This document shows positions 38,907-52,611 of a stretch of 64,000 bases of DNA, in pieces. Positions within the stretch are counted from its first letter, which is position 1. Every line of letters begins with the position of its first letter. Source of the stretch: Octopus sinensis (lineage: Eukaryota); contig NC_043002.1 in NCBI RefSeq assembly GCF_006345805.1, positions 106,702,001-106,766,000 of the forward strand. Reading direction: 5' to 3'. Under the pieces are notes generated by a model. The model did no database searches. It worked only from the letters and a program-made list of their open reading frames with translations, and had not been told where the DNA came from. The translations under genes were made by a program, and so were the position numbers.

Positions 38907-39630
38907 AATAGGCGCAGGAGTGGCAGTGTGGTAAGTAGCTTGCTTACCAACCACATGGTTCCGGGTTCAGTCCCACTGCGTGGCACCTTGGGCAAGTGTC
39001 TTCTACTATAGCCTCGGGCTGACCGAAGCCTTGTGAGTGGATTTGGTAGACGGAAACTGAAAGAAGCCTGTCGTATATATCTTTATATATAAAAGGGAAG
39101 TTGTGTGAGTGTCTGTCTCCTATGATTTAGATTCCTAACTACTCCCACATTTTGCGGTGCAGTTTAACCAAAACCGGGTATCTTATAGTCGTGATTTATA
39201 TCGAGCCCTTCCGGGTATTAGCGCGCGTCTATGATGAGTCTACGATTTAAAAAAAATTTACCATAATTTTTTCCCATTTTTAATGCATTTTTTTGCTATT
39301 ATATAAGGGAAGTAACTATCTAAAAATGCTTATATAGTTATTTCCCTTACAAACCTGAGCAACGCTGGGCGATACTGCTAGTGTATATATATATAATGTG
39401 TGTGTATGTGCGTGTTTGTGTGTCTGTGTTTGTCCCCCCAACATCGCTTGACAACTGATGCTGGTGTGTTTACGTCTCCGTAACTTAGCAGTTCGGCAAA
39501 AAGAGACCGATAGAATAAGTACCAGGCTTACAAAGAATAAGACCTGGGGTCGATTTGATCGACTAAAGGCGGTGCTCCAGCATGGCCACAGTCAAATGAC
39601 TGAAACAAGTAAAATGAGTAAAAGAGAGAA
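38907..39630 (+). mobile_element. SINE family 2 interrupted by a helitron
   Basis: Head 38907-39079, tail from 39382. Confidence 0.85.
39080..39381 (+). mobile_element. Non-autonomous helitron
   Basis: 5' TC, 3' hairpin CC(T/C)GAGCAACGCTGGG then CTAG, inserted between A and T, no TSD. Confidence 0.88.
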
Positions 39631-39768
39631 TAAAATAAAATGCTTTAATTATTTTAAATGAAAACCCAGAACACCCTGTGTAGCATGAACCTCCCTCTTC
39701 CTTTCTTCCCATCCTCTTCTCAGTGATGGTAGTGGTATGAAGTTTGAGCCCTTCCCTCACTAATACCC

Positions 39769-39802
<34 letters not shown>

Positions 39803-39807
39803 CACAG

Positions 39808-39958
39808 CCCTACCTCAGTGACGTCCTCTGCTACTTGGCTGCCTCTCTTGGTTTCATCATTCACTACATAATCCCGCAGATGCGGAAAGAGATGCCCTGG
39901 CTGTGCTGCTATACCCCTATCCTACCCAGCTATGAGGGAAAACACATGGAGTCAGATG
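39808..39958 (+). CDS. pcx: pecanex exon
   Basis: Phase 0-1; HYIIPQMRKEMPW. Confidence 0.95.
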
Positions 39959-40248
39959 GTAAGACAGTTTTCTCCATTTTCTCACATTTACCATTTTTAT
40001 TCTTTTTCTTTTTGTTTATTTTTATTGTTGTTGTTTAGCCCCAGGTCTGCCCTGAGCAAGCAAACATGATCACGGGTGTTACAGCCATGACCATCCCATC
40101 TTTCATTTGAACACAGTATTTGTAAGACATTTCAATGTGTCCTTCATTTTTAAGACGTGATTTGAAGGTATTTTGACTGCTATTTCTAACAGGTCATGTC
40201 ATATTACAGAATCTCTTTTTTTCTTCCTTTTGAGGTTTATGCAGAGGT

Positions 40249-40303
<55 letters not shown>

Positions 40304-41084
40304 TTCTTTTTCATACATGATGATATTCTGTGCTTGAGAAGATGAGAAGACCTGCCCAGCAAAGTAAAATCCACATCCATGACCCTCATCCCCCTCTCAC
40401 AACCCACTTGTGCTCCCCACTGACGTTTATCCCCACTCCTCTCTATTGTCCCTCAATTGCCACCTACCTACCTACCTGCACACAATATGCCCCTGTTAGC
40501 TCCCACTCTCCTTTCAAAATCTTGTGAACTCACTCACCCTCTCCAATTCCTGGTCCACTCCCCTATATACACACCTCACTGTAACTTGAATGTATGGCCC
40601 CCAACCTCATCTCTGTCACATCTTTCTTCTTTCTCTTCTGAGGAAGCCCCATTCTCTTCTGTCCTTCAATACTACTATCCACTGTTGAGGGGTCCACTGC
40701 TGCTGGTGCCACGTAAAAAGCACCCAGTACATTCTGTGAAGTGGTTGGCATTAGGAAGGGTATCCAGTTGTAAAAACCACGACAAAACACACAGTAGAGT
40801 CTGGTGTAATCTTCTGGCTTGCCGACTCCTCTCAAATTGCCCAACCCATACAAGTATGGGAAATAGACTTTAGATGATGATGATGATGATATATATATAT
40901 ATACACACTCACACACATACACTCAAATTTTAACATCTGTTTCACCATTCCTAGACGTGAGGGCAGGTCTTGTTTTGTGCAGTGTGTTGGCAATTTCCAT
41001 GGTCCTTTGCCATCTCCTCCATAAAATGCAACTTACCTGTTGCATTCCTTTTCTCTTCCTTCCCACGACAACTGCCATCATATG

Positions 41085-41850
41085 TCTGTCTGTCTGTCTC
41101 CTCTCACTCTCTGTCCTCTCTCTTTGTCTTCACTCTTTGTCCTCTCTCTGTCCCTCCTCTCTCTGTCCTCTCTCTCTCTCTGTCCCCTCTCTCTCTTTCC
41201 TCTCTCTCTGTCCTCTCTCTTTCTGTCATCTCTGTCTGTCCCCTCTCTCTCTTTCTGTCCTCTCTCTTTCCTCTCTCTCTCTCTCTGTCCTCTCTCTCTC
41301 TCTCTGTCCTCTGTCTCTCTTTCTGTCATCTCTACCTGTCCTCTCTCTCTCTGTCCCCTCTCTCTCTTTCTGCCCTCTCTCTCTTCTCTCTCTCTGTCCT
41401 CTCTCTTCTCTCTCTCTCTGTCTCTCTCTCTCTCTCTCTCTGTCCCCTCTCTCTCTCTGTCCCCCTCTCTCTGTCCTCTCTCTCTGTCATCTGTCTGTCC
41501 TCTCTCTCTCTGTCCCCTCTCTCTCTTTCTGTCCTCTCTTTCCTCTCTCTCTGTCCTCTCTCTCTGTCCCCTCTCTCTCTTTCTGTCCTCTCTCTCTCTG
41601 TCCTCTCTTCTCTCTCTCTTTCCTCTCTCTCTCTGTCCTCTCTCTCTCCTCTCTCTCTCTTTCTGTCATCTCTACCTGTCCTCTCTCTCTCTCTCTGTCC
41701 TCTCTCTCTCTCTCTGTCCTCTCTCTTTCTGTCATCTCTGTCTGTCCTCTCTCTCTCTCTCTCTCTCTCTTTCTGTCATCTCTGTCTGTCCTCTCTCTCT
41801 CTCTCTCTCTCTCTCTGTCATCTCTCTCTGTCCCCTCTCTCTCTCTCACA
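41085..41850 (+). repeat. ~770-bp (CT)n/CTGT(C) polypyrimidine tract
   Basis: Interrupted CT microsatellite. Confidence 0.97.
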
Positions 41851-41952
41851 CAGATCCCGTTCATAACTTCCAGTTCTGTAATCACAGACCTTGTGCTCCC
41901 TTTATAATACCTTGTCGTTGTAACAGCTCCCTTTTATATCTCTCTTTTGCAG

Positions 41953-42088
41953 ATCCTGCACCAATCATGTGTTTCGAGAAGCTCTATATATGGTTACGCT
42001 TTGTGGAACGGAACATAGTCTACCCAGTTGTCTTTCTTTGTGCCTTAACACTGTCTGCGCCTCTTTTAGTGAAGAAGTTTGGACTCTA
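41953..42088 (+). CDS. pcx: pecanex exon
   Basis: Phase 1-2; MCFEKLYIWLRFVERNIVYP. Confidence 0.96.
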
Positions 42089-42361
42089 GTAAGTGACGGT
42101 TGTTGTTGTTTTTAGGATGTAAAATGTGTTGCAGCTGAAGACCAGGTACCTGATTGCATTTGGTTGGAGGTTCTAGGTGCGGGCATGGCTCTGGGGTTAA
42201 CAAATTTGCTTTCCAAGCACATGAATTCAGGTTCAATCCCTTGCATGGCATCTGGAATAAGTATCTTCTACTATAGCCTCAGACTGACCAAAGCTTTGAG
42301 GGTGGATTTGGTAGATGGAAACTAAAAGAAGCCTGTCGTGTGTGTGTGAGTATGTATGTTT

Positions 42362-42400
<39 letters not shown>

Positions 42401-42404
42401 GTTC

Positions 42405-42750
42405 TTTTACTTGTTTCAGTCATTTGACTGCGGCCATGCTGGAGCACCGCCTTTAGTCGAGCAAATTGATCCCCAGAGCTTATTCTTTGTAAGCCCAGTA
42501 CTTATTGTATTGGTCACTTGGTCGGTTGTCAAGTGATGGTGAGGGTACAAACACAGAGACACAAACATATACACAAGCATATATATACGACGGCTTCTCT
42601 CAGTTTCCGTCTACCAAATCCATTCACATGACTTTGGTTTGCCTGAGGCTATAGTAGAAGACTCTAGCCCAAAGTGCCACGCAGTGGGACTGAACCCAGG
42701 ACTATGTGGTTGGTAAGCAAACTATTTACCACACAGCCACTCCTGCACCT
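42405..42750 (-). mobile_element. SINE family 2
   Basis: Family consensus match. Confidence 0.8.
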
Positions 42751-44336
42751 ATCTATCTATCTATATATATATATATATGAGTCGTATGTTTGTGGCGTTA
42801 GGAAGGGCATCCAGCTGTAGAAACATTGCCAGATAAGACTGGAGCCTGGTGCAGCCTTCTGGCTTCCCAGATCCCCGGTCGAACCGTCCAACCCATGCTA
42901 GCATGGAGAACGGACGTTAAACGATGATGATGATGATGATATATAGAGATAGATATAAAATCATTGTTTAATGTCCACCTTCCATGCTGGCATAGGTGGG
43001 ATGGTTTGCTGAGAGCCAGCCAGGCAGAAGCCTGTACCAGACTTCTGTAACTCTTTTGGCAGGATTTTTACTGATGGATGCCCTTTTTAACACCAACCAT
43101 TCAGCAGAGTGGATTTAGTGCTTTTTACGTGGCACAAGCACAGGGGAGGTCACCTTTGGCAAGGTTTTTATAGCTGGATGCCCTTCCAAACACCAACCAC
43201 TTTACAATGTGGACTGGGTGCTTTTAAGTGGCACCTGCACTGACAGGGTCACCAAGTACTTGCAAGACAAAAAAAAACTCTTTTGAGAGGGAAGGGGGCA
43301 TTGGATCTTGTGTCAGGTGATGAAAGGGTATAGTGAGACAGAGAGACAGAAACAAGTTGCTGTAGAGGAGGTAGAAGGTAGAGGATAATAGAGAAGTTAA
43401 AGCTAGCCCAGTTGCTTTATATTATTACTATTATTTAAGTTCACATCAGCCCTGATTAAATAGACCTTTGATCAAAGGCATCCCAGTCATGACCAACCTG
43501 TCTTTTTGTACAACTAGGACCATATTATTCCTTGTGTCTTTTATTTAAGACACTAAGCTCAGCAGGATATAATTTAAAGGATTTTGGCTGCTAATTCTAG
43601 CAGATTAATTGACCTTTTAGGGGATCCTTGGTTAGCTATTTGTATTTTGTAATATTGTATGTTTGAACCTTATTGCATGAACAGCATGAGAAAAATGAAT
43701 GTAAAATTGAATGAATAAATATGTAGGCATGTGTGTGTGTGTGTGTGTGTGTGCATGAATGTTAACATTCTGTGTTGTTGCTTTGTTAATGTCTGTGAAA
43801 TGGTGATGAAATTGCAATCAATGGTTGATCTGCACTTTTGAAGCCCAGTGAAATAAACAGATTCCTTATTTGTAAAAGGATGTAAGAGTTGGTGATAGAA
43901 ACGGGCTGAAGCAGTTGAGTGGTGCCTAGGTTAGAATGAGAAAATAGATGTAAAAATGAACGAATAAGTGACATTTAGAAGGGCATCGTTATTGTTAAGG
44001 AGAGGCACCCAGTCATAAGCAGACACTGGGACACAATTCACTTCTTGGACCCTGTCAAACTGTCCACGATTCATATTGGCATGAGACATGGATGTTAAAT
44101 GAGGATGATGATGATGATCATCATCATTGTTTAATGTCCGTTTTCCGCGCTAGCATGTGTTGGACGGTTCGACCGGGGTCTGGGAAGCCAGGGGCTGCAC
44201 CAGGCTCCAGTCTGATCTGGCAGTGTTTCTACAGCTGGATGCCCTTCCTAACACCAACCACTCCGCGAGTGTAGTGGGTGCTTTTTACATGCCACCGGCA
44301 CAGGTGCCAGGGGAGTCTGGCATTGGCCACGATCAG

Positions 44337-44782
44337 TTGGTGCTTTTAACGTGCCACCGGCATGGAAGCCAGTCAAGGCAGCGCTGGTATCGGCCACGTT
44401 CGGATGGTGCTTTTTATGTGCCACCGGCACAAAAGCCACTCGAGGCGGTGCTGGCATCGGCCACGTTCGGATGGTGCTTTTTATGTGCCACTGGCACGGA
44501 AGCCAGTCAAGGCGGCGCTGGCATCGGCCATGTTCGGATGGTGCTTTTTATGTGCCACCGGCACAGAAGCCAGTCAAGGCAGTGCTGGTATCGGCCACAT
44601 TCGGATGGTGCTTTTTATGTGCCACTGGCACAAAAGCCAGTCAAGGCAGTGCTGGCATCAGCCACGTTCGGATGGTGCTTTTTATGTCCCACCGGCACGG
44701 AAGCCAGTCAAGGTGGCGCTGGCATCGGCCACGTTCGGATGGTGCTTTTTATGTGCTACCGGCACAGAAGCCAGTCGAGGCG
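44337..44782 (+). repeat. 67-bp minisatellite, ~6.5 units
   Basis: CGGATGG recurs at 44401, 44468, 44535, 44602, 44669, 44736. Confidence 0.95.
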
Positions 44783-44911
44783 ATCATAATGGATATTTGT
44801 CTTTTTTACTGTGTTTTCATGAGTTGTATGTTTGTTTCATTCTGTTAGACGCAGCAGCATTGATGTGCATCCAAACAATGCCTTAATATGCAATGTTTTC
44901 AATATTTCCAG

Positions 44912-45089
44912 TTTTGGTTCTGTGATTGTGGTGGTGTGTGGCCTGAAACTGCTAAGATTTGCTTTCTCCGACACACTCAAGCAGCATATGATCTTGGCAT
45001 TCACCGTTCTCTTCTTCAAATATGACTACAAGGCAGCCTCAGAGACATTCCTTTTGGACTACTTCGTCATATCAATCCTGTTTTGTAAG
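44912..45089 (+). CDS. pcx: pecanex exon
   Basis: Phase 2-0; GLKLLRFAFS...SETFLLDYF. Confidence 0.96.
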
Positions 45090-45596
45090 GTAGGTGCCCC
45101 CTCCTCTCTCTCTCTTTCTAATTGTTTAGTAATTGCGGAACAGCATTATTGGTTTTTTCTTAAAAATTGCTGTCCTGATAGAAATGCTTAATCAGTGAAC
45201 TACTGAGTACTGTTGCATGTGTGTGTGTGTGTGCATGCGCATATGTATATGCGTGTGTGTGTGTGTGTATAGGCAGACAGTTCGCTTCAGAACCATGTAG
45301 TTAGGGTTCAGTCCCACTGTGTGGATGATGTTGGCTGATGTCATCTACTACAGCTGCGAGTTGACCCAAGTAGCTTGCGAGTGAAAATGAAATAGGGCAG
45401 TGGAAACTGGAAAAAAGCCCATTGTTTGTATATGTGTATGTATGTATGTATGTGTGTGTTTGTGCATTTTTTTGCAAGGACCTTGCTCATCACCATTTGA
45501 GTGAAGTTGTGGCAATGTTGACATTTCTTGTTCACATTGGGATCAATCAATCTATATAAAATCTCTCACCTGTTTTCAGGTGAGGGTTGCCTATAG

Positions 45597-46014
45597 CAGT
45601 GCTCCTCAAAGTGGTGGTCCACAGACTGGCACCAGTCTACAAGCCATCAGCTGCTGGTACGCTGCGAGTTTCCAGAAAACAAAAAACATTATCATATTCT
45701 ATTATTTATAATATTCTATTATTTGTCTACAAAATAAATATACAATAAAAAAAAATTGTCAACTTTAATTATATTCATTATATATATTGTTTCTGGTATA
45801 AATTAATATTATCATATTCTATTATTTATAATATTCTATTATTTGTCTACAAAATAAATATACAATAAAAAAAAATTGTCAACTTTAATTATATTCATTA
45901 TATATATTGTTTCTGGTATAAATTAATATTACTAAGAAATATTACTGGCCTTTGGCAATTTAGAAAAAAAAAAAAAATGCCAGTATGCCACATCCGATAG
46001 TTTTAGAAACACTG
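45597..46014. mobile_element. hAT-type MITE
   Basis: CAGTGCTCCTCAAA / TTTTAGAAACACTG termini; 8-bp flanks GCCTATAG / TCCTACAG (6/8). Confidence 0.6.
45688..45931 (+). repeat. Perfect 120-bp tandem duplication
   Basis: Sequence at 45721-45811 identical to 45841-45931. Confidence 0.95.
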
Positions 46015-46063
46015 TCCTACAGGAAGGGTTTAATATCCTAACTCAAAGTGAATTTCTGTCTAA

Positions 46064-46411
<348 letters not shown>

Positions 46412-46738
46412 TGAGCATAAAAATAGTTGCGTAGGCACAGCGTGGCTGTGTGGTCAAAAGCTTCCTTCCTAACCACATGGTTCCAGGTTCAGTTCCACTG
46501 CATGGTACCTTGGGTATGTGTCTTCTACTACAGCCTCAGGCCGACCAAACATGAATCTTTGTAGAATCAACCAATGTTATTTATAGTCACCATCAACAGC
46601 AAAAACATCCAGCTGTAGAGTACTGTTTCAGTAGGTCTTGTCCAACCCATGCCAGCATGGAAAATCGGAACAAAGCAATGATGTATATATATGTATGTGG
46701 GTAATTGTTCTATGATTGTTTTGGTTATATTTTCCTGA

Positions 46739-46882
<144 letters not shown>

Positions 46883-47122
46883 TAAGTAGCAGTGGTGGAG
46901 AAGGAAGAGGAGGAGGAGGCAGCTGTGTGGTTGGAGAGAGTGAGGCTGGGGAGCGAATGTTGTGGAGAGAGGGGAGTGGAGGAGAGTGTGTGGGGCAAAA
47001 GTGAAAGTAACTGATATGAGAGAGAGAGAGAGGTGAAAAGGAAGAGTATGATGAAGAGATTGCGGTGGTGAGGAGAGAGAGAGAGAGAGAATAAGAGGTA
47101 AGAAAGTGTGCGTGTGCATATA

Positions 47123-47160
<38 letters not shown>

Positions 47161-47439
47161 ATATATATATATATATTATATATATATATATATATAGTAG
47201 AAATATGTTACGAAAAGAAAATATAAAATACACGTGGAAATGTAAGGGTAAAATATGAAAAATCAACGAAAATGCGCATTGCAAATAGAAAAAGGCTATT
47301 TATGACAGGTAACGACAAATATATACATTTAGATTGACTGAGGTAGTAATACGAGTCATAAAGGCCATTATTATGAGATGATTATAAGATGATAATAAAG
47401 TAAGAGAGCAAAACGGACCATGGTTTACGCAAAGCTATT

Positions 47440-47480
<41 letters not shown>

Positions 47481-47835
47481 TGACTTGTAAGGACATGGGA
47501 CTTTGTTATGCAACAATGATATTCTATAAAGTATATTAAATGTTTTTATAAGTCAATACAGTGTTCTGCTGTGTTAGCAGTGCTCTTAAATCACTTGTTA
47601 AGGTCATCTCTACAGAAATTATAGCCAGCACTGATTTTTGTTAGTGGACGTTAAACGATGATGATATTTCATGGAAAATGGATAATAGACGTATATGCCA
47701 TATTCTGGGAGTTTTGCTCCTTCACCAGCACCCATATAAAACCCATTAATCATCTACAAACTCGTTGCTTAAATAGCCACTACATATAACAGTGTAACAT
47801 TATTGGGTATACCAATTTACACATTGCTATTTAAG

Positions 47836-48570
47836 AACCTGTTCGATACCAACCTGGCTGAAACCGCATCTGGGCTCTGTAGTACAAATATCTTGTTTTT
47901 GTAAGTTTTCAATTAAAATCTTCTACCAAACCTTAGTCATAATTTACGTTCCTAACACTAGTTGAATGATAACCAAGTTATTTTACTAAATTCTTTGTTA
48001 TATTTAAAATCAATTGAAAGAAACACAGAGCATCTCAACAGAAATATGGTAACAAAAGGGTTAAAATATATAATAGACAAACAATTCTTAACCCTTTCGA
48101 TACCAACCTGGCTGAAACCACCTCTGGCTCTGTAGTAGAAATGTCTTGTTTTCATAAGTTCTGAATTAAAATCTTCTACCAAACCTTAGTCATAATTTAT
48201 GTTCCTAATACTCGCTTAATGATAACCAAGTTATTTTACTAAATTCTTTGTTATATTTAAAATCAATTGAAAGAAACACAGAGCATCTCAACAGAAATAT
48301 GGTAACAAAAGGGTTAAAATATATAATTGACAAACAATTCTTAACCCTTTCGATACCAACCTGGCTGAAACCACCTCTGGCTCTGTAGTAGAAATGTCTT
48401 GTTTTCATAAGTTCTGAATTAAAATCTTCTACCAAACCTTAGTCATAATTTATGTTCCTAACACTCGCTTAATGATAACCAAGTTATTTTACTAAATTCT
48501 TTGTTATATTTAAAATTAATTGAAAGAAACACAGAGCATCTCAACAGAACTATGGTAATAAAAGGGATAA
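47836..48570. mobile_element. Three tandem piggyBac-type MITEs (253-bp period for copies 2-3)
   Basis: TTAACCCTTTCGATACC ... GGTAACAAAAGGGTTAA termini with repeated spacer. Confidence 0.85.
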
Positions 48571-48761
48571 TGGGTTGGATGGGTGCAGATGGAGCAAAAA
48601 TTTTCTGAAATATAGCATATATGCTCATTACCCATTTTTCATCTTTGATCTCCTTGTTTGTTTACATCTGGTGTCTTGGATATGAAACATTGTAACCAAA
48701 TCAATGCTGACTATAATTTCTATGGAAAATCTGTAGAGATGACCTTAACATGACATGTGTG

Positions 48762-48795
<34 letters not shown>

Positions 48796-48796
<1 letters not shown>

Positions 48797-49873
48797 TGTA
48801 AAAGCCCTTGTAATTTGTGCACCTGTGTAACTTATGCAGGTGATTTACAGGATAAAATTTGTTAAAAACAAAAAGCTTCTACTTATGTAAAATTCGTACC
48901 TAAAAGTTTTGAGAATTGCCGATATAGCCAGGGGAAAAAGGTTTTCAATTTAGTTGTATTTAGCATAATTTTACTTACTTCTGATTAGATTTTATTAACT
49001 TTTCATTAAATACAAATAATTTCTGTTTAACAGGTATCACATTCAAAGCTATTAAATTACAATCTGTTTGTGTTGTTTATAATAAACTTTATTTTACGTT
49101 TCTTGCCCATAAGAGATTATGTCCGATCTTTAGCATACTGCTGTATGTCTTTTCAAATCACAGGAAAAGTTGTTGACGAGAATTACCAACAAAAACAAAG
49201 ATGATAAATATGCACAAGTGTTGCAAATTAAGTTTAATTACCAAGAAACATCAGCTTGGATGACACTTTACTCAACCGACAGAGGAAAGTGACTGATCAA
49301 GTTGATTATGTAAACAGAATTCTTTTCTGCCTATTCTTGTCAGAACCTTTGATACAGAGTATCGAAATTTTAATCCCTTTCACACTTATAAAATGTCAAG
49401 CAAACTTTAAAATTTGTCATTACCATTATTGTCAGTATGGGGAGAACTTATGAATTGTTTACTGTGAAGGAAAAATTAAATATATGCTCTATTGTGATAG
49501 GTAGAAACTCCAAACAATGTAAAATATGGTCCAGACCGTGTTTACTAGCATGAATGTCAGACTTCAAAAAATAGTTAACCATTTAATGGTTTTAGTAAAT
49601 TTATACAGAAAAAGTAAGCATTATACCATCCAGCATAAATAAAAGTCAACTTCATTATGCATATTTAAGCCATTATTTTTTCTGTAAAAACCTTTTCTAA
49701 CATTAAATAAATCAATTTACGGTACGAATTTTAATGTTTTTTATGTCTTTTAGCAACAAAAAAAATTTCAAAACAAATTCTAGAAACAATCTGCTCATGT
49801 ACTTTACGCACCCCTAAAGTTTATTTTTAGTTTTGTGAAAAAAAGTGCGTAAATTACATGAGTTTTTATGGTA
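48796..49873. mobile_element. pogo/Tigger-like DNA transposon remnant
   Basis: Imperfect ~29-bp TIR CTGTAAAAGCCCTTGTAATTTGTGCAC / GTGCGTAAATTACATGAGTTTTTATGG, TA at the right end and TA-rich left flank. Confidence 0.6.
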
Positions 49874-50291
49874 TATGCGTGTATGTGTGAGGGAATGAAT
49901 TTGAGATGAGTTGTGAATTGAAAGGTGGCAGGGAATGTTTCTATTCATCAAGTCTGTGCTTTTTATGTTTCTTTACAATTCTCAAAGAAATATCAAAACA
50001 ATTTGTCACCCAACAAAAATTTTGATTCTGTACAATTTTAAAAAAAATTCCAAATATCTTTACTCTGGTTCACTACTATCAGATAAGACTCTCCACTCTA
50101 CATTATTGAACTAGACTCTCCATTCCACTTAACCAAGGTTCTTCATTCTCTCATGTTAGACATGACTTTTCATTCCATCTTTTTCAGACAAGACTCTCCC
50201 ACTTTATTCTGTTAAACAAGACTTTTATATAAACCATACCCAAACTGCTACAAGACACTCATCTAATGCCAGCCATTCTTCTCTATTTCAG

Positions 50292-50350
50292 CACCAAAAG
50301 AGTTGACCATAGCAATACATGTTTAGCGTCTCAACTGGAGCGCAATCCAG
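50292..50350 (+). CDS. pcx: pecanex exon
   Basis: Phase 2-1; TKRVDHSNTCLASQLERNP. Confidence 0.96.
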
Positions 50351-50694
50351 GTCAGTTCTATGTTCTACTTGACATCTGTGATGATGATGATATTATTATT
50401 ATTATTATCATTATTGCTGCTGCTACTATTACTAATACTGCTACTCGTGATCGTTAGAGTTTCCTCCCTTGCACTCTGACCCCTTTGTCCATACAAGCAA
50501 ACTTTAAGCAGTGTCAAATCCATCATTCATGGAGGGTGGATAGTTTAAAGGCCACTGGGTATGATTTAGAGTAAATCTGGCTGCTGTTTCTAACAGTTCG
50601 AATGACCTCATATGAGGTCCCTTGATAGTTGTTACTGCTGTTGTTGTTGTTATTGCTGTTGTTGTTTTCCTATCACTTCACCATCTCTATCTAA

Positions 50695-51033
<339 letters not shown>

Positions 51034-52551
51034 TGACGAGCCCCATACAGCCATTGGGTCATGGCAAACTGCGTTGTTTAAGAACCATGGGGCCATCAAC
51101 CAATTGTTGCTGAGACCATCTGAGCGTGATCATTGCCAGAGTGGCTATCTGGCCTCCGTGCCAGTGGCACGTAAAAGACACCATTCGAGTGTGATCGTTA
51201 CCAATGTCGCCTTACTGGCACCTGTGCCGGTGGCATGTGTAAAAGATTCAAGCGAGGTCATTGCCAGTACCGCCTGACTGGCCCCATGCCAGTGGCACAT
51301 AAAAGCACCCTCTACACACTCAGAGTGGTTGGCATTAGGAAGGGTATCCAGCTGTAGAAATTCTGCCAGATCAAGATTGGAGCCTGATGCAGCCATCTGT
51401 TTCGCCAGCCTTCAGTCAAAATCGTCCAACCCATGCTAGCATGGAAAGCGGACGTTAAACGAATGATGATGAAACTCTCTATTTAGACACTAGTCTTCAT
51501 CATCATCATCATCATCATCTAACGTCCATGTTCCAACCACAACTATTCCAATTTCTTTTTTTTTTTTTGTCTAGGGTGTAGCCTTCTGGCTCACCAGTCC
51601 TCGGTCAAACCATCCGACCATGCCAGCATGGAAAGTGGACGTTAAATGACGATGATGATGATGACAATTCATTTTCAGCTACAGCATCTGATGTATCTTT
51701 GTTACCCATTGTTAAGATGGAACAGTGTGCTTTGGAAGAAATTTGGCTGCTATTTCTATTAGAGTTAGAGAAGACATAGATGCTGTGTTATGTGTAAAAC
51801 CCTAGATATATATTTATAAGTGTCCCCTGACAGAGAAGAGGTCAGTCATATACTAATGTGTCCCCACTTGGACCTGCTTCTGTCCTCTGTTCTGTGTGTG
51901 TGTGTGTGTTTATATACATGTTCATACTCTGATGTATGAACATGTATCATCTAAATTTTGGGTGTACAAATCTCGTAGCATAAACAGCTGTATGCCAATG
52001 TATGTCATTATGAACTCCTGGTTTTTTATGTCATTTATTTATTTATTAATGTGTGTGTGTCTGATGTGCATGAGCCTCTGTCTGTGTGTGTTGTGCGTGA
52101 GCATGTGTGTTGTGCATGAGCCTGTGTGTGCGTGAGCCTGTGTGTGGGCCTCTGTGCGTGTGTGCTGTGTGTGTGTTGTGCATGAACCTGTGTGTTATGT
52201 GTGGGCCTCTGTGCATGTGTGCTGTGTCTGTGCATGTGTGTTGTGCGTGGGCTTGTGTGTGTGCGTGGGCCTGTGTGTGTGCTTGTGTGTGTAATGCCTT
52301 GCCCAATGGACTGACATAATCTCAGATATGTCCTTAAATTTATCTCCTGAAACAAAATACATTATTATTGTTCCCTCCATATCTCCCTTTTCTTCTCCTT
52401 TGTTCCCACATACAGACCCTTCGTATGGTTTTGTGTTAGGTTGGGTGTAGGTTGAAATCAACACCAAAATTTAGTAGTTGTAATTATGCTTATTATTTAC
52501 TCCCCTCCAGGGACCCATTGTAATTACTGTGTTCTATTTATTCCCCTCCAG

Positions 52552-52611
52552 GGACCTACTGCCAACAGAGAGAAGTGGAAGCTATTACAGAAGAAGTCAA
52601 CAACGACGAAG
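52552..52611 (+). CDS. pcx: pecanex exon
   Basis: Phase 1-1; GTYCQQREVEAITEEVNNDE. Confidence 0.95.

Noticed and set aside
40957-42089. Long 298-349 aa ORFs
   Set aside because: Stop-free because of (CT)n; only 41953-42088 is a real exon
49030-49100. pogo DDE-like LQPLDV..NK remnant
   Set aside because: Similarity too weak (LQSVCVVYNK) to call a transposase fragment
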